Assembly: GCA_012862495.1 (NCBI GenBank)
Contig: BLSG01000314.1
Coordinates: 86,501-120,122, forward strand
Reading direction: 5' to 3'
Origin: Thraustochytrium aureum
Taxonomy: Eukaryota
Length of the DNA: 33,622 nt
Of the stretch, positions 32,221-33,622 are shown piece after piece. The notes beneath the pieces were generated by a model, which worked only from the letters and a program-made list of their open reading frames with translations, was not told where the DNA came from and made no database searches. The translations under genes and the position numbers were made by a program. Each line of letters opens with the position of its first letter. Positions within the stretch are counted from its first letter, which is position 1.

Positions 32221-33471
32221 ATGTTTTTTGGAGGCGGCGGCTTTCCCGGCGGCCCTGGCGGCTTTCCCGGGCGCGGCGGGCAAGAGGAGGTGGACAACAA
32301 CGAGTTCTACGAGCTACTCGGCGTCAGCAAGGACGCGTCGACCGCCGAGATCAAAAAGGCGTTCCGCAACGCGGCCAGGAAACACCACCCAGACAAGGGC
32401 GGCGATGAAGCCACCTTCAAAAAGATCTCGGAGGCTCACGACGTGCTGAGCGACCCCGAGAAACGCGAAACCTACAACAAGTTCGGCAAGGAGGGCCTCG
32501 AGAACGGCGGTGGCGGCGGCCGCTCCGCAGAAGACGTCTTCTCAATGTTCTTCGGCGGCGGCGGCGGCGGCCGGCGCGGCCCGCGCGGCCCGCAAAAGGG
32601 CGAGGACGTCGTGCACCCGCTCAAGATGACGCTCGAGAACCTCTGCAACGGCAAGAATGTCAAGCTGTCGATCAACCGTCAGCGCGTCAAGTACCCGGAC
32701 GGCATGGACGCCGAGACCGCCGTCACCGAGTGCAGCACCTGCCGCGGCCGCGGCATCGTGATGCGCACGCAGCAGATCGGCCCAGGCATGATCCAGCAGA
32801 TGCAGGCGCGCTGCCCCACGTGCAACGGCGCAGGCAAGTCGTACAAGAAGGGCGTCAAGGTCGTCAAGGAGAAGAAGATCCTCGAGGTCTACGTCGAGAA
32901 GGGCATGAAGCACCGCCAGAAGATTGTCTTCCAGGGCGAGGCGGACGAGGCCCCTGGCATGCTGCCCGGGGACGTCATCTTCATCATCGACGAGCAGGAG
33001 CACGAGACCTTCCAGCGCAAGGGCGCCGACCTGGTCATGGAAAAGAAGATCTCGCTGAAGGAGGCCCTCACCGGCTTTAGCTTTCCCCAGACCCACCCGG
33101 ACGGTCGCACCCTCATTATTAAGAGCAACCCCGGCGAGATCGTCAAGCCCAACGCGCTCAAGTCTATCACGGACGGTGGCATGCCCATCCACAAGCGGCC
33201 CTTCTCGCATGGCCGCCTGTTCGTGGTCTTCCGCGTCGAGTTCCCCGACAAGCTCACTTCCCCGCAGGTCACCGCGCTCCGCGCCGCCCTCCCGGGCGCC
33301 GTCCACGACGAAACCATGACCGGCGATGAGGTCGAGGAAGTCACCATGATCGACGCCACGCCCGACCAGGTCGGCCAGGTCTCTGCTTCGGCCTCTACGG
33401 GCACTGCCTATGACTCTGAGGACGAGGAGGGCGGCGGCAACGGCCAGCGCGTGCAGTGCCAGCAGTCCTGA
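32221..33471 (+). CDS. DNAJA: Cytosolic class-A Hsp40 (DNAJA/Ydj1-like) co-chaperone with C-terminal CaaX
   Basis: J-domain with HPDKGG, G/F region, two CxxCxGxG repeats, DnaJ C-terminal domains, ends RVQCQQS*. Confidence 0.96.
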   Translation: MFFGGGGFPGGPGGFPGRGGQEEVDNNEFYELLGVSKDASTAEIKKAFRNAARKHHPDKGGDEATFKKISEAHDVLSDPEKRETYNKFGKEGLENGGGGGRSAEDVFSMFFGGGGGGRRGPRGPQKGEDVVHPLKMTLENLCNGKNVKLSINRQRVKYPDGMDAETAVTECSTCRGRGIVMRTQQIGPGMIQQMQARCPTCNGAGKSYKKGVKVVKEKKILEVYVEKGMKHRQKIVFQGEADEAPGMLPGDVIFIIDEQEHETFQRKGADLVMEKKISLKEALTGFSFPQTHPDGRTLIIKSNPGEIVKPNALKSITDGGMPIHKRPFSHGRLFVVFRVEFPDKLTSPQVTALRAALPGAVHDETMTGDEVEEVTMIDATPDQVGQVSASASTGTAYDSEDEEGGGNGQRVQCQQS

Positions 33472-33622
33472 GTGCGTTTCGCAGTGAACGCCAATGTCTC
33501 CAGTCTCGTCTCTTCCCCGCTCCCCGCTTCGCTCGCGCGGAGCGACTGGGGCAGGCCTTGCCCCTTTGCCGCCGACCAACTGATGATGAGTTTTTCCAAC
33601 TTATTCCCCCCTGCTCCTCCTC

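Overview
GC-rich, gene-dense, intron-poor eukaryotic (protist-type) scaffold segment with 11 N-gaps. A stramenopile/labyrinthulomycete-like origin is only an impression from gene content and style and was not tested. I support 15 protein-coding genes: tubulin cofactor A, an OafA/acyltransferase-3 membrane protein, a strongly divergent FHA-containing kinesin (2 introns), an M48/OMA1-like peptidase, a coiled-coil WD40 protein, a vWA/Vwaint-type protein, a bacterial-type FGGY sugar kinase, IST1, two tandem but dissimilar NADPH-dependent FMN reductases (one with an intron), a sterol-glucosyltransferase-like GT1, an apparent MlaF-MlaE (TGD3-TGD1-like) ABC fusion, a vacuolar sorting receptor-like protein, a PHR1/PSR1-like GARP-MYB factor and a CaaX-terminated DNAJA. 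The most interesting element is the MlaF-MlaE fusion sitting head-to-head, with almost no spacer, against the lipid glycosyltransferase. Four genes have reading-frame breaks. These are most simply indel errors, although two fall on recoding-like motifs. No tRNA, rRNA, CRISPR array or transposon was recognised. All family assignments come from motif recognition by eye, not database searches.
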